Shown here piece by piece: positions 10,900-22,190 of a stretch of DNA of 64,000 bases; positions within the stretch are counted from its first letter, which is position 1; each line of letters begins with the position of its first letter. The notes under the pieces were generated by a model. The model made no database searches. It saw only the letters and a program-made list of their open reading frames with translations, and was not told where the DNA came from. This stretch comes from Microcaecilia unicolor (Eukaryota), in assembly GCF_901765095.1 (NCBI RefSeq), contig NC_044034.1:62498339-62562338 (forward strand). Direction: 5' to 3'. A program made the position numbers and the translations under genes.

Positions 10900-13690
10900 G
10901 TACAATTGTGTAAATAATATAACATACTTATATGGAACAATCATTGGTTTCTGTTATCTAGGTTTTTTCCTCCCCCCCCCCCCTCCCTCCCTCCCACATT
11001 TCTCCCCCCCCAAACCTTTGTGCTTATAAACAGAATATTTATCTCTTTGTTTGTACATAAACATCCAAATAAAAATTAAATTCAACTAATAACTCTTGTT
11101 GTATGTTGCTGATTGGTTGCCTATCTTGATCCACCGAAATCGCAGATCACATACCTAGCCGTTTAATATTGCGGCAGTATCCTCTTGTAGACCAAGGTTA
11201 AAGATAATACAAAACAACCATCTATTTTGTGTTTTAGAAGCTTTTCTCCCCCCTATGCCCCCCATCCCTTCCCCCTCCTTCTCAGGTTGGTATACTTTAT
11301 TAACTTTATTAACTTCAAAATGACCTGAGCCTCAGTCATCTAAAACCTTCCCTGAACTGGGAAATAACCGTAATATATATTGACCTCGTTAAACAAATGT
11401 CAGGTATGGTCTTGAGATCAGGGCCTCATCCATCCTTTAACCTACCTAGCCAAGACTCTTTCCTTATTCCCCCAAAATCCCCCCCCTCCCCCCCTCCCTT
11501 CCCCTCCCTGCGCATTGCTTATAGTCCAATTCCCTTCACTGGTCCCAGGGAAGTCTATTCAAGATCTGACTTCTCGCCTTAGGTGATATGGTGTTTATAT
11601 ATGCCCCCCAGATTGCTAGAAACCTCCGCTGCCTTCCCGGCGACAGTCCCGCTCCTCTAGACTCCCATGTCAATAATTCCTGGAGTCTATTCCTCCAGTG
11701 CCAAAAGGAGGGTGGGCAATCCTCAGTCCAGTGGAGTAAGATGCATTTTTTCCCCAATATGCAGGCCTTGCTGAGAAACAATTTCTCTCCCCTCGTGGTT
11801 CCCATCCAGAGTCTGGGCATACTGAATATAGCTCTTTCAAATGTTATGCTGATTGTGCGCCCCAACACCCTTGTCAGGTATCTACCAATTGCCGCCCAGA
11901 ATGATGATATTGACCTACACTGCCAAATCCCATGAAATAAGTTTGCCTCCAACCTGAGACACTTCCTACAGTTCTGTGTGGTCAAGACTCCTGCTCTAAA
12001 AGCTTGTCTCTGCGAGAAATAGGCCCGATGGATAGTGCGGAAGTGACACTCCTGTAATTCTGCATTGTGAACTATGGTTACCCCACTCTGAAGAGCTGAC
12101 GATATTAACTGTGTAGAGATGTTTCTGCCTGACTCTATACTCCATCTATGTGCCACCTCTGTCAGGTCCCGTTCCCTTGCAAGCCTACCTAATTTATTGT
12201 AAAACCAGGACACTGAGATTTGTCCCGCTGCATCTCCTTCTAATAATTCTCTTAATTGTCTCCCAAATCGTGGGTGTAGACTATCTGGTGGGAGGGTATG
12301 CACATAGTGATATAACTGCCTGTACGCCAGCCAAGTGGCCGTTTTTTGCCCACACTTCTCCAAGAAGTCAGCGTACGAGAGCAAGGATCCATCTTCCCTT
12401 ACCAGCTCGTCCAACGAATGGACTCCCCTACTCTCTAATAATCGGAAAATCCTATTTTCATCTCCGGGCCTGAATGAAACATTCCCCCTCAGAGGCAACC
12501 ACACACTTCCTCTACTATCCTGCCCCCAATACATGAGCACCGTTTTCCACACATGTCTCATTGACTTTAATAGCACACTTCCTCTTACTTTTTCTGGTAA
12601 ATCTCTCCTTGGAGAGTGTATCAAAGATACCAGGTGCCAAGGCCTAAAGAGGTCTCGCTCAAGCTCCACATGTGTATAAGTATCTGAGTCCATCAACCAA
12701 TCTTTCAAATGTCTCAACAGACACGCCTGGTTATACTTGCGGATGTCTGGGAGTCCTAAGCCCCCCATCTTTTGTGCCCCTAATAGGTATTTCCATCTCA
12801 CTTTAGGTTTTCTACCCCCCCAGCAGAATTTCATCACTAATTTCCTAAGGGTTTCTAAATCTTTTTTGAGTAGCCACAGAGGAAGGGTTTGTAGAAGATA
12901 GAGCCATCTAGGGAAGACCATCATTCTGAACAAATGCAATCGTCCCAATAAAGTCAATGGCAAATTTGCCCAGTGCATCAGTTGCTCCTTTGTCTCCCGA
13001 AGGAACCTTTGCACATTAATGTCATATAACCTCGTCGGGTCCATTGCCAGCTGGATTCCTAAATATTTAAATGATGCGTTTGCCCACTGCAATGGGAATC
13101 CCTCTCCCCACAACCTCCGCAAATCATCTGAACCAGCCAACGCTTCTGATTTTAAAAGATTTAATCGGAAACCAGAAAAGTCCCCATATTCCGCCAGACT
13201 CTCCATCAGGTAGGGGAGGGAATCTCTAGGTTCAGTTATCAATACCAATAGGTCATCTGCAAACGCAGCTGTTTTAAAAAGAAAGTCCCCTATATGTACC
13301 CCCTTTACATCGGGATTAAGCTGCAGTTCCCGCAGCAGTGGATCCAGAGTTAGAACAAATAGCAGAGGGGAGAGAGGGCATCCCTGTCTAGTTCCTCTTC
13401 TAATCTTAAATCTATCTGAAGTTATACCATTTGCGTATACACGGGCTTCGGGGTCTTTATACAATGTTTGCACAGCTTCATTAAACCAGCCTTCTATCCC
13501 GTAAGCCTTTAATATACCAAACATGAAGCCCCAGTCCACTCTGTCAAACGCTTTTTCAGCGTCAAAGCTGATGAGTAAAGCTGGGTGTCCTTCCCTTCCA
13601 ATTGTCTCCAAAGCCGCCAGAATCCGTCTTATATTTTTGGCTATAACCCTTCCCCGAGTAAACCCCACTAATTGTTTGTATTTTATTAGC
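10900..13690 (-). mobile_element. L1-like LINE, 5' truncated, with no endonuclease domain, carrying the ORF2 RT and C-terminal domain
   Basis: ORF 11536-13668(-) of 710 aa has RT motifs 'LISFDAEKAFDRVDW', 'GTRQGCPLSPLLF' and 'FADDLL', plus the C-terminal Cys motif 'CRKCLRLEANLFHGIWQC'. A 3'UTR lies below 11536. Confidence 0.85.
11536..13668 (-). CDS. L1-like ORF2 reverse transcriptase, TE-encoded, 5' truncated but an open frame of 710 aa
   Basis: The RT motifs FDAEKAFD, QGCPLSP and the FADD box are all present in a single open frame. Confidence 0.85.
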   Translation of the reverse strand: MGFTRGRVIAKNIRRILAALETIGREGHPALLISFDAEKAFDRVDWGFMFGILKAYGIEGWFNEAVQTLYKDPEARVYANGITSDRFKIRRGTRQGCPLSPLLFVLTLDPLLRELQLNPDVKGVHIGDFLFKTAAFADDLLVLITEPRDSLPYLMESLAEYGDFSGFRLNLLKSEALAGSDDLRRLWGEGFPLQWANASFKYLGIQLAMDPTRLYDINVQRFLRETKEQLMHWANLPLTLLGRLHLFRMMVFPRWLYLLQTLPLWLLKKDLETLRKLVMKFCWGGRKPKVRWKYLLGAQKMGGLGLPDIRKYNQACLLRHLKDWLMDSDTYTHVELERDLFRPWHLVSLIHSPRRDLPEKVRGSVLLKSMRHVWKTVLMYWGQDSRGSVWLPLRGNVSFRPGDENRIFRLLESRGVHSLDELVREDGSLLSYADFLEKCGQKTATWLAYRQLYHYVHTLPPDSLHPRFGRQLRELLEGDAAGQISVSWFYNKLGRLARERDLTEVAHRWSIESGRNISTQLISSALQSGVTIVHNAELQECHFRTIHRAYFSQRQAFRAGVLTTQNCRKCLRLEANLFHGIWQCRSISSFWAAIGRYLTRVLGRTISITFERAIFSMPRLWMGTTRGEKLFLSKACILGKKCILLHWTEDCPPSFWHWRNRLQELLTWESRGAGLSPGRQRRFLAIWGAYINTISPKARSQILNRLPWDQ

Positions 13691-14040
13691 CTATATTCTT
13701 AAAGAAGGCCTTTAAGACTGCTGTATGTTTGTGTTTTCCTGTAAATTATTTATTTTGGTTTTGATGCCTTTTCTACACTAGGTTTTCAGGTCATGTCAAG
13801 GGAAGAACGTTTTAAATTTTATTTATTTATTTTTAGTGAACATGTATGTATAGACATACATACTGGAAAGTGTGCGCTTTTAGTTCTGGATGGAACTTGC
13901 ATAATAACTGTTGATTGTAATTATTGATATTTTTGTGTGTATATATTTTGCTTATTTCTTTGTAGATATTGACCTTTATATATGTTTGGTGCATGATGAT
14001 TATGATAATTCTGAGTGTCTCTTTATTTTTCTATGTGCAG

Positions 14041-14201
14041 TTGATAAGGGACATGGTTAATGTCTGTGAAACAAGCATGTCGAGCCCTAATCCACCCGCT
14101 CTTGCTAAATATCGTGCTTTGAGATGCAAAATAGACTATGTGGGACCGGACAGTGATGAGTTCCTACAAGTTGAACACCAGGTGCTGCAAAACAATCATA
14201 G
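14041..14201 (+). CDS. PARP4: PARP4 exon, end of the helical domain and start of the catalytic domain
   Basis: Acceptor 'ctatgtgcag|TTGATA' and donor 'CATAG|gtaagc'. Encodes 'LIRDMVNVCETSMSSPNPPALAKYRALRCKIDYVGPDSDEFLQVEHQVLQNNH'. Compare PARP1 '[24 protein letters not shown]'. Confidence 0.8.
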
Positions 14202-14289
14202 GTAAGCATCCTATAGCAGCTACAGAACTACTGTATAAAGTTTTTTGAAAATCAAATCTATGCTCAAAGAAAATGGACTTGGGGTTCTG

Positions 14290-14620
14290 ACACATAATGC
14301 CTGGAGTGCTGCCTCTAGCATCTACCTAGAGTTAACCTGTGGCCACCTGAAGGGTCCTACCCAGCACTGCCCAAGCCTGCTTGCACCTGCGCATGTGCAC
14401 CTACACTAGCATACCCTCCACCACCTGCTGGGTCCTACTTGCCTCTGGGCGAGTCTTCCACCCACAAGTTATTTTCCCAGTGGTTTCTAGGGATACTGGG
14501 GCCACAATCCTAGGGGTCCCACAGTTTCCAGAAAACCACTCGCAGAGAACAGAAACTGCCAGGATTCTTAATTAGTCCAGGACAACAGAGCTAACAAACC
14601 AATAGGTTTATTATCACAAA
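14290..14620 (+). repeat. Partial copy of repeat family R1 in the opposite orientation
   Basis: Segment 'ctgcccaagcctgcttgcacctgcgcatgtgcacctacact...gggcgagtcttccacccacaagttattttcccagtggtttctagggatactggggccacaatcctagg' is collinear with 41500-41700 and with the reverse complement of 6240-6480. Confidence 0.5.
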
Positions 14621-16099
14621 AAAAGAACCGTGAACAGTAAAAGTTGTAAACCTAAGTAGTACTTGAGGAGATCAAGAAAAGGAACTGCTCACAGGATTTG
14701 AATAGGGTTTCAGTGCAGATTTCTACCCCCCTCCACACTCCTACTCTGAGACTGGAGAATTCTAGCACCTGGCTAGATCTTGGGCTTCAGGGCCAATCAG
14801 GGTACAGAGCATTAGCCCTAAGGGTGTTTGACCAATGGCATTGCAGATTACTCTTGGGGTTTTCATCTTTTCTTTGGGGAAGATCAGCTAAAAGAAAAAT
14901 GGACCTCCGCTACAGCTATAGTGCAGAGGACAGACACCACCTGCTGGCTAAACACGGAAATTACCATGAAAGAGAAAAAGTGTCATAAGTCAACATTACA
15001 AATTGCAAGCATGAAAGTCTTTTGTTTCACCACAGGTTCATTCTAAGAACTTACTGCTTTTTCTTCTGGGTGCATTAAAATCTGTCATACTGGCATGCAT
15101 AGATCTCTGTACTCTTTAATGATGACCTCTTCTAATATAAGCTCCTGAAAATAGTAAAATCTCAGGACAGAGTCTTAAAAATTTCTACTATCATAATATG
15201 GTAAAATTATGCCAGTGTGCTAATAGTGACAAGCAAAAGTAAGTTGACGACAGCAGTCGGAGACTGGAGAACCTCAGTCTTATGTGGAGATCGTTTATTG
15301 ATGAAGGACTCCCATAAGATTGAGGTTCTCCAGTTGGTATTGTAGTATTGAGTCCCTTCTTTTTTTTTGTTCTGCCTGAACTCCCACAAGTGTGACGTGG
15401 TATGACGTGGCATTGAGAGGTACGGAAGTGAAGCTGTTTGAGTCGCTGCTGGGATGATCGGTTAATGGTGATGCTTGGAATTGCTGACAGGCTGCAAGAT
15501 TTGTGTTAAAATAGCTTGTTTTTGTAGCGTAATCCTGCAGGTGAGGGTTGGATTCAAATATGATGGTTTGTTTTAAGGGTAATTTTCTTTGATTTGCTGA
15601 GCGAGGAAAAGTTTGTTTTCTGGATTTGGCTTCTGGTGGGAATTGGTGTGTATTGGGGTGTGGAAAAAGTTTTTTTTTTTTAAAGGATTTTTTTTCCCCA
15701 AATGTTTTCTTTGGTGTGCTTTTTTCTGGTAACTCTGCAAAGCTCAGGTGGTGTATCAACATGCAGGGTTGCCACTGGGACAGTGTTGGGGAGTGGAATA
15801 AGTTATTTGGGTATGGCATGTTTAAAGGTAATGTTTGGGAGGGGTATTGACCCCCACACCTCCCCAAATGATCTAGAAGGGGAAAGGGAAGGAGATTAAT
15901 TGTCCTAGTGTGCTGTGCATTTTTGGTTATGGGTGGGAATTCTCCTCCCTAGTATGGTGGGAATTGTCCAGATGGGAATTGGTGGGTGGGAACTGACCTA
16001 GAACATCTCTTTAGTTTAGATTTTGAGACCCTTTTAGTTTGCAGGTATATATTTAAGGTCTGCACCTTTAATTCACAGGATAATTTACGGGGAAGTTCC

Positions 16100-16360
16100 A
16101 GAATATATGCTTGAATTGGTTGACTTGCCACCTAGAAATAGATCCAGTCTCTCACGATCCTACTTGAATCTACACTACCCAGACTGTAATGGCCTTAAGT
16201 ACAAATCTATTTATGCCTCCAACTTCACATATATAGGCACACAATTGTGGAATGCTCTACCCAAATTAGTCAAATGTACCCTGATCTACTTAAAATTCAG
16301 AAAATTATTGAAGACTGTAATGTTCAAAAAGGCTTATTCTCCAGGCTCAACATAATTCAA
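16100..16360 (+). repeat. Non-LTR retrotransposon or SINE 3'-tail fragment, the 'WNALP' tail type
   Basis: ORF 16107-16355 has 'YIGTQLWNALPKLVKCTLIYLKFRKLLKTVMFKKAY'. This resembles the conserved 3' tail module 'LWNSLP..IR...SL..FK..LKTHLF' shared by several vertebrate LINE and SINE families. Confidence 0.4.
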
Positions 16361-16484
16361 ATTAACTTCTAGTCTAACAAAGATTCAAAGACACTAGTTA
16401 TCTTTTTCTCTTTACATATTGTTGTTTCAAATGTTGTTTACTATCTTACTTTTAAACTGTATAATTGTACTTCATGCACTGTAG

Positions 16485-16560
16485 CCTTTTCTACAGATTG
16501 TGTAAGCCACATTGAGCCTGCAATTGGTGGGAAAATGTGGGATATAAATGTATTAAATAA
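16485..16560 (+). repeat. SINE tail fragment, 'gtaagccacattgagcctgc...gggatataaatg'
   Basis: It matches the 3' region of the SINE at 62270-62330. An equivalent fragment occurs at 58375-58450 as 'ctgtaagccacattgagcctgcaaaaaggtgggataatgtggggtacaaatgcaataaataaatgg'. Confidence 0.5.
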
Positions 16561-16858
16561 ATAAATATTTGCTTTCTTAACATTTTCCTTAGTTCTCCTA
16601 CATATATTCTTGAATCCAGTTTTGTGGACTTGAGTGATTAGTTTCCTATTGTTAGTCTTGTTTGTTTTGCAGTAATATTATTTTGATTTAAATTTTTCTA
16701 TTGGATCACTTTTCTGTACAAGTGCTTATTACTTGGTCGTATATTGTAAAAACTTGATAGATAAAAAAAATTTTAAAGAAAGAAAGTGGAAAGTCATGCA
16801 GAAATGACAATGATGTTTGAATCTTCTTCTATGGAAATCTTTAATATTGTCTTTATAG

Positions 16859-16996
16859 TGACATTCCAGTGAAAGTCTTGCAAGTATACAGAGTTGGCAG
16901 AATGAATGAAACAGCAGCATTTCAGAGCAAGTATGGCAATATTCAGTCCTTACTCCATTCCTCTTCTGTTTGCAACTTTGTTGGCATTCTCTCTCG
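16859..16996 (+). CDS. PARP4: PARP4 exon, catalytic domain
   Basis: Acceptor 'ctttatag|TGACATT' and donor 'TCTCG|gtaagt'. Encodes 'DIPVKVLQVYRVGRMNETAAFQSKYGNIQSLLHSSSVCNFVGILSR'. The phase is consistent with the previous exon and with the next exon at 25895. Confidence 0.8.
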
Positions 16997-17239
16997 GTAA
17001 GTGTGTGTTATATCCTGCTACATGGTTTTGTGGGTTTTTTGGTTCACGTTCTGTATTCAGTTGGTATTTCCCCGTTTCCAGAAAGCTTGCAGTCTTTGAG
17101 GGGAAATTATCAAAGTGGGTTGTTATCTTACTGTTATCCCAGTTTATTAGTAACTAGGTCTTATTGCAATAAAATAGGACCTGTGCTAAAATGAATTAGT
17201 GGTAAAATAATCAGAATAAATGGTAACCCACATTGCTAA

Positions 17240-17360
17240 CTTCCCCCATGTACCTGAGGCAATGGAGAGATAAATGCCTTGCCCAAAGTTACAGATCTGA
17301 ACCCTGACTGTACTGGTATTCAGCCCACTGCTGTAACCACTAGACTGTCCTTCCACTCTA
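17240..17360 (-). mobile_element. Partial copy of the same tRNA-derived SINE
   Basis: Segment 'gaggcaatggagagataaatgccttgcccaaagttacagatctgaaccctgactgtactggtattcagcccactgctgtaaccactagactgtcc' is the reverse complement of the SINE head and body. Confidence 0.55.
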
Positions 17361-17689
17361 ATGTTTATTCAGGCAGGGCCGGTCTTAGCAAGTGCAGGGC
17401 CCTGTGCAGACCAATTTGGTGGGGCCCCATCCTAGCCCCGCCCCTGCCCTAGCCCCGCCCCCACCCCAGCTCCACCCCATTGATAAGATTATTCAATTTT
17501 TAGAAATTTTTTTATGAAATTTCAAATTAAGACAAATGAAGCTAAACTTGTACAGAAAAACTGATTGAAATAATAAGCACAATGCTATCATGAACCCCCC
17601 CCCCCGAAATTATTCAGTTCAAGTCCACTACAATTAGTAGTTCCAATTCTCATAACCCCGGGGGGTCAGAGGTTCGGACACACAGTCTC

Positions 17690-18300
17690 CTTCTCTGCAC
17701 ATATTCAGCAGACTAATAAAATCTGTTGCTTCTTTCTCTATAATATCAACAAAATTCATACTTTCCTTTCTGAGCACACTACAAGAACCCTTATCCACAC
17801 TCTTATCACCTCTCATGTAGACTATTGCAACTTGCTTCTCACAAGTCTTTTACTAAGCCATCTCTCTCCCCTTCAATCTGTTCAAAATTCTGCTGCATGA
17901 CTTATATTCCTCCAGTGTTGCTTGCTATGCTCATATTAGCCCTCTTCTCAAGTCACTTCATTGGCTCCCTATCCATTTCTGCATACAGTTAAAACTCTTC
18001 TTATTGACTTACAAGTGCATTCAATCTGCAGCTCCTCAGTATCTTTCCACTCCTATATCTCCCTACACTCCTACCTGGAATTCTGTTCACTGGGTAAATC
18101 TCTCTTATCTGCGCTCTTCTCCTCCACTGCTAACTCCAGACTCTGTTCCTTTTATTTTGCTGTGCCATATGCTTGGAATAGACTTCCTAAGCCGGTACGT
18201 CAAGCTCCATTTCTGGCCGTCTTCAAATCTAGGCTAAAAGCCCACGTTTTTGATGCTGCTGCTTTTAACTCCTAACCCTTATTCACTTGTTCAGAACCCA
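17690..18300 (+). repeat. Non-LTR retrotransposon or SINE 3'-tail fragment, nested inside the hAT-like element
   Basis: The sequence translates to 'LLLTSL...PLLKSLHWLPIHFCIQLKLFLLTYKCIQSAAPQYL...FAVPYAWNRLPKPVRQAPFLAVFKSRLKAHVFDAAAFNS', which is the same conserved tail module. Confidence 0.45.
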
Positions 18301-18984
18301 TGTTTTATCATTCCCACCTTAGTAATTCCCTTATTTGTCTGTCCTAATTACATTGTAAGCTTTGTCGAGCAGGGACTATCTCTTCATGTCCAGTGTATAG
18401 TGCTGCGTACATATAATAGTGCTATAGAAATGGTAAGTAGTAGTAGTAGATGCTTTTCCTGGGCGGTGACTCCTAGTGTGGAACCTTGCATCACATAACT
18501 ATGGTTTGGGTTCCTCTTTCCCACATGCATCACTTTGCACTTGCTCACAATAAATGTCATCTGCCATTTGGATGCCCAGTCTCCCAATCTCATAAGGGCA
18601 TCTAGGAGCAAAAAGTTCAAACATAACTATACCTTCTCAAGCCTATGCACCTTCCTGAAAAAAAATGCCCAGTAACAAGGCAGTTTGTCACACTGTAGGT
18701 TAAAAAAAAAAAAGCCAAATTTAAGCGCATCATTTATTCTAGATTTCTAAAAGTGTATATTCCACCAGTCTGAGTCCACCAATGAAAAAAAAGAAAAAGA
18801 AAGCAACACCAAAAAATTGCAAATCAAAACATTTGAAGAAACAGAAAAGTCAATAGGCTAACAGCAAATTATAACTATGGTGGTATGACTGGTGGGCATA
18901 GGATCAGTGGTAATTACACAGCATTAGCCAGTTTTGTTTCAGTGAACCAAGTGCAGCTAAAAAGAACAGTGTGAAGGACTTCTG

Positions 18985-20612
18985 CTAACTAAGGCCCAGA
19001 TGATCAAAAGCCCTGCGCTGTTCCAAACAGCGCCCTAAAAATAGCGCCGGGACAGCGCAGGGCTTTTCTGCATCGATGATCAAAGATAATGCATACAAAT
19101 CTAAGCAGCGCTATTATCTTTGATTATCATGTTGACGTGCGGGAGAATTGCGCTCGAGCATGCGCTCAGCACAATCCTCCCGCACTTCTTTGACAAGTCT
19201 GGGCTGTCAAAAGCCCAAAACTGTCAGTGGCCTGCCGATCCCCCAACAAAGAGGCCACCGCCGCCGGCCAAACCGACTCCCACCCTCCCACCCAGCGATG
19301 GGGGGGGGGGCTGGAGGTCCAGTGGACCTCCGGTCTCCCCGACGACCCCCCCCATGTTCACGGAGGGCTGGAGATCCGGTGGTTCTCCAGCCCCCCCCAC
19401 GAACCCCCAGAGGACTTGGTTGCCGGCTTTAGAGAAACGCTGCCCTACCCTCCCATCTGCGACGGGGGGGGGGGGGGGGGGCTGGAGGATCGGTGGGTCT
19501 CCAGCCCCCCAAACCCCCAGAAATCGTTGTGATCCACCGGACCTCCAGCCCACCCCAACTCCTCCCCCCCCCGGCGTTCTCCACAAATCCCTGGTGGTCC
19601 ATGGTGACACTTAACCCACCCTCCTCCCTCCCTCCCGGCCCCCCTACCTTTGTTGGAGGAGGGACGCAGCCTGCATGCCTCCCTCCTCTTCCTTTCGACG
19701 CTCAGCCCCGCCCATTGCATCCTGGGATGTGCTGGGAGGGGCTACATACCATATAAGGGAGCGATTCCCTTACATGGTATGTAGCCCCCGCCCAGCGCAT
19801 CCCAGGATGCAATGGGCGGGGCTGGGCGCCGCCATTTTGAAGCGGCGTCGAAAGGAAGAGGAGGGAGGCATGCAGGCTGCGTCCCTCCTCCAACAAAAGG
19901 TAGGGGGGCCGGGAGGGAGGAGGGTGGGGTTACGTGTCATCACGGACCACCAGGGATTTGTTGAGAACGCGGGGGGGGGGAGGAGTTGGGGTGGACCTCC
20001 AGCCCCACCCCCCTTGTTGGTAGATTACAGCCCTTGGCCGGAGGTGGCCACAAGGATTTCTTGGGGTTTGGGGGGCTGGAGGCCCACCGAACGTCCAGCC
20101 CCCCCCCCCCCCGGCGCTGGTGGGAGGGTGGGACAACGCTTGGCCGGAGGCGACCACGAAGATTTCGTGGGGGGGGGGGGGGTTCAGGGGAGGGTCGGAT
20201 CGTTTGGGGGTGGGGGGGACCGGAGGTCCACCGGACCTCCTGTCCCGTGTGCTGTTGCCTTGGGGGGGAACGGGGGCCTGCCAGCATGCAACTGCATGCT
20301 GGACAGGGCTCACCATTCCTCCCCAATGATCCGCAAAACCTAACGCCAGCTTGGAGCTGGCGTTGATTTTGCTGCGGCCAGCGACCCAATCTTTGGCGCG
20401 CTGGTCGCTGATCATTGGGGATGAATGCGTTAAGCGCCAATTAGCATGCATTTGCAAGCTAATTGCGCTAGAAGCCCTGTTTAGCATGCATTTGCATGCT
20501 ATTTGCGCTGAGAGCCCTCGAGGGCTCTGATTATGGGTCGGCTGCAAACTCTGGTTCTAGTATGGCGTTAACAGCCTCTAGCGCCAGAGTTTGCTTTTGA
20601 TCATGAGGGCCT
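18985..20612. repeat. GC-rich long imperfect palindrome, an inverted duplication of about 1.6 kb centred near 19770, with a central ~55 bp-arm hairpin and termini 'CT(A/T)AGGCCC..ATGATCAAAAG'
   Basis: Segment 19560-19690 is the reverse complement of 19840-19980, for example 'ggcgttctccacaaatccctggtggtccatggtgacac' against 'gtgtcatcacggaccaccagggatttgttgagaacgc'. The central hairpin is 'ccccgcccattgcatcctgggatg..ggctacataccat ataagggagcgattccctta catggtatgtagcccccgcccagcgcatcccaggatgcaatgggcgggg'. The termini 'ctaaggcccagatgatcaaaag' at 18989 and 'cttttgatcatgagggcctaag' at 20594 are inverted. Repeated palindromic units such as 'ctggaggtccaccggacctccag' and long G and C homopolymers occur throughout. 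Confidence 0.65.
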
Positions 20613-21061
20613 AAGTGCTCATAATTTCAAGTGCATGTCCTGTGTAGCTCTGTGTGCACTGCACTGACCACACTAGGGGGTCATCAAGGCTTCCCCTTTC
20701 TCTATTATCTGTAGTTCATTGTTAGGAGGTTCTATTAAATTAGTCTTTCAGAAAGGCTGGCTGGAGTTAAAGATCAAACAGTTTAGGCAGGCCATCCTGC
20801 CTGCTTTGTGCATGCAAAGTCAGTGAAAATCAGGTAGTTGTGGATCAAAAACACCTCTGCTGCCAAGAATCTCTTTTGTTTAATGAACTCCTGTCAGTTC
20901 CCCCCCCCCCCCCACCCGGACACTTTCAGTCCCGCCTTTTACTTTAATTGCTTGCGGTCACAAATCCACCTGACCGAGAAGAAGGATTAACATATTCCCT
21001 AAGTGTCGGGATAAGCATAAAGGAATCCTGTGCCAAAGGAATGGATCCTCAGGAGCTTAGT

Positions 21062-21360
21062 CAGGATCGGGAGGCGGGGCTGGTGGTTGGGAGGCAGGGA
21101 TAGTGCTGGGCAGAGTTGTACGGTCTGTGCCAGAGCCGGTGGTGGGCAGCGGGACTGGTGGTTGGGAGGCGGGGATAGTGCTGGACAGACTTGTACGGTC
21201 TGTACCAGAGCCGGTGGTTGGGAGGCAGGGCGATGGTTGGGAGGTGAGGATAGTGCTGGGTAGACTTACACGGTCTGTGCCAGAGCCGGTGGTTGGGAGG
21301 AGGGGCAGGTGGTTGGGAGGCGGGGATAGTGCTGGGCAGACTTATACGGTCTGAGCCCTG
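21062..21360. repeat. Tandem repeat (minisatellite) with a period of about 77 bp and about 4 copies
   Basis: Unit 'ggtggttgggaggcggggatagtgctgggcagacttgtacggtctgtgccagagccggt' is repeated four times with minor variants. Confidence 0.8.
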
Positions 21361-21739
21361 AAGAGCACAGGTACAAATCAAAGTAGGGTATACACAAAAA
21401 GCAGCAAATATGAGTTATCTTGTTGGGCAGACTGGATGGACTGTGCAGGTCTTTTTCTGCCGTCATCTACTATGTTACTATGTAACAGCAATGATGCCTT
21501 AACTGAAAAGGTGAATAAATAAATGTATAGTTATGTTGATGTAAATATGCTGGGGGGGGGGGTCGTTTTGTTTTTAATTCTTCAACAGGCATTTTTCAGT
21601 GGACGATGTTCTTCTGCCACACGGTGATCGTGATCTACAGTTTAATTGCCCTGAAGAGGGGGAGGGGGAAGAGACTGCTGTGCTCCAGAGCTGGAAAAAA
21701 AGATGGGGAAGAAAAGCTAATAATCATAAATACCTGGCT

Positions 21740-22190
21740 GGCTTGCCTTTGAATGGCAGTGCAGGAGGCGCACAAACTTGCTCCAGCTGATCAGCTCCGT
21801 TCCACTTCACTTTATTTGAAGTCGACTCACTCGCATCAGGCTCACCTCTTTTCCCTTCCCGCTCAGGAAATACGTCATCAGAAGGAAGGCGGGACATTGG
21901 GCGGGAAGGGAAAAGCTGGGTGGGTGAGCCATCGCTGCCTGCAACTCTGACTGTCGGGGTTTGGGGCGTCGCTGCAAGCCTGCAGTCTGTCGGGTCCGGG
22001 GAGAGGCGGGAGCTGACAGCGAGCTCAGCGGTGAGTAGGCAGGGCATCGGACCGGAGGCAGAAGTGGAGCGGCCGAGCGGGAGCGGGATCAAATCATGAT
22101 GTGGCGGTGCAGTCTAAGCGGGGGTTGGTCGGAGAGGCAGAGTTGAGGCGCGGCGCGCGGGGCCCCCTTAAGCGCGGGGCCCTATGCAGC
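21740..22190. promoter_or_regulatory. CpG-rich promoter and 5'-exon-like segment internal to the hAT-like element; function unknown
   Basis: CpG density is high across 21740-22190, in contrast to AT-rich surroundings. The segment holds 'gaaatacgtcatcagaaggaaggcgggacattgggcggg' and a donor-like 'cagcggtgagtag'. It sits immediately inside the right TIR. Confidence 0.3.

Noticed and set aside
19120-20550. Cluster of long overlapping ORFs (101-222 aa) on both strands, rich in Pro, Gly and Arg
   Set aside because: They are mirror-image read-throughs of a GC-rich inverted duplication. There is no start or stop context, the composition is extreme, and both strands are equally open. They are artefacts of the palindrome and not genes.
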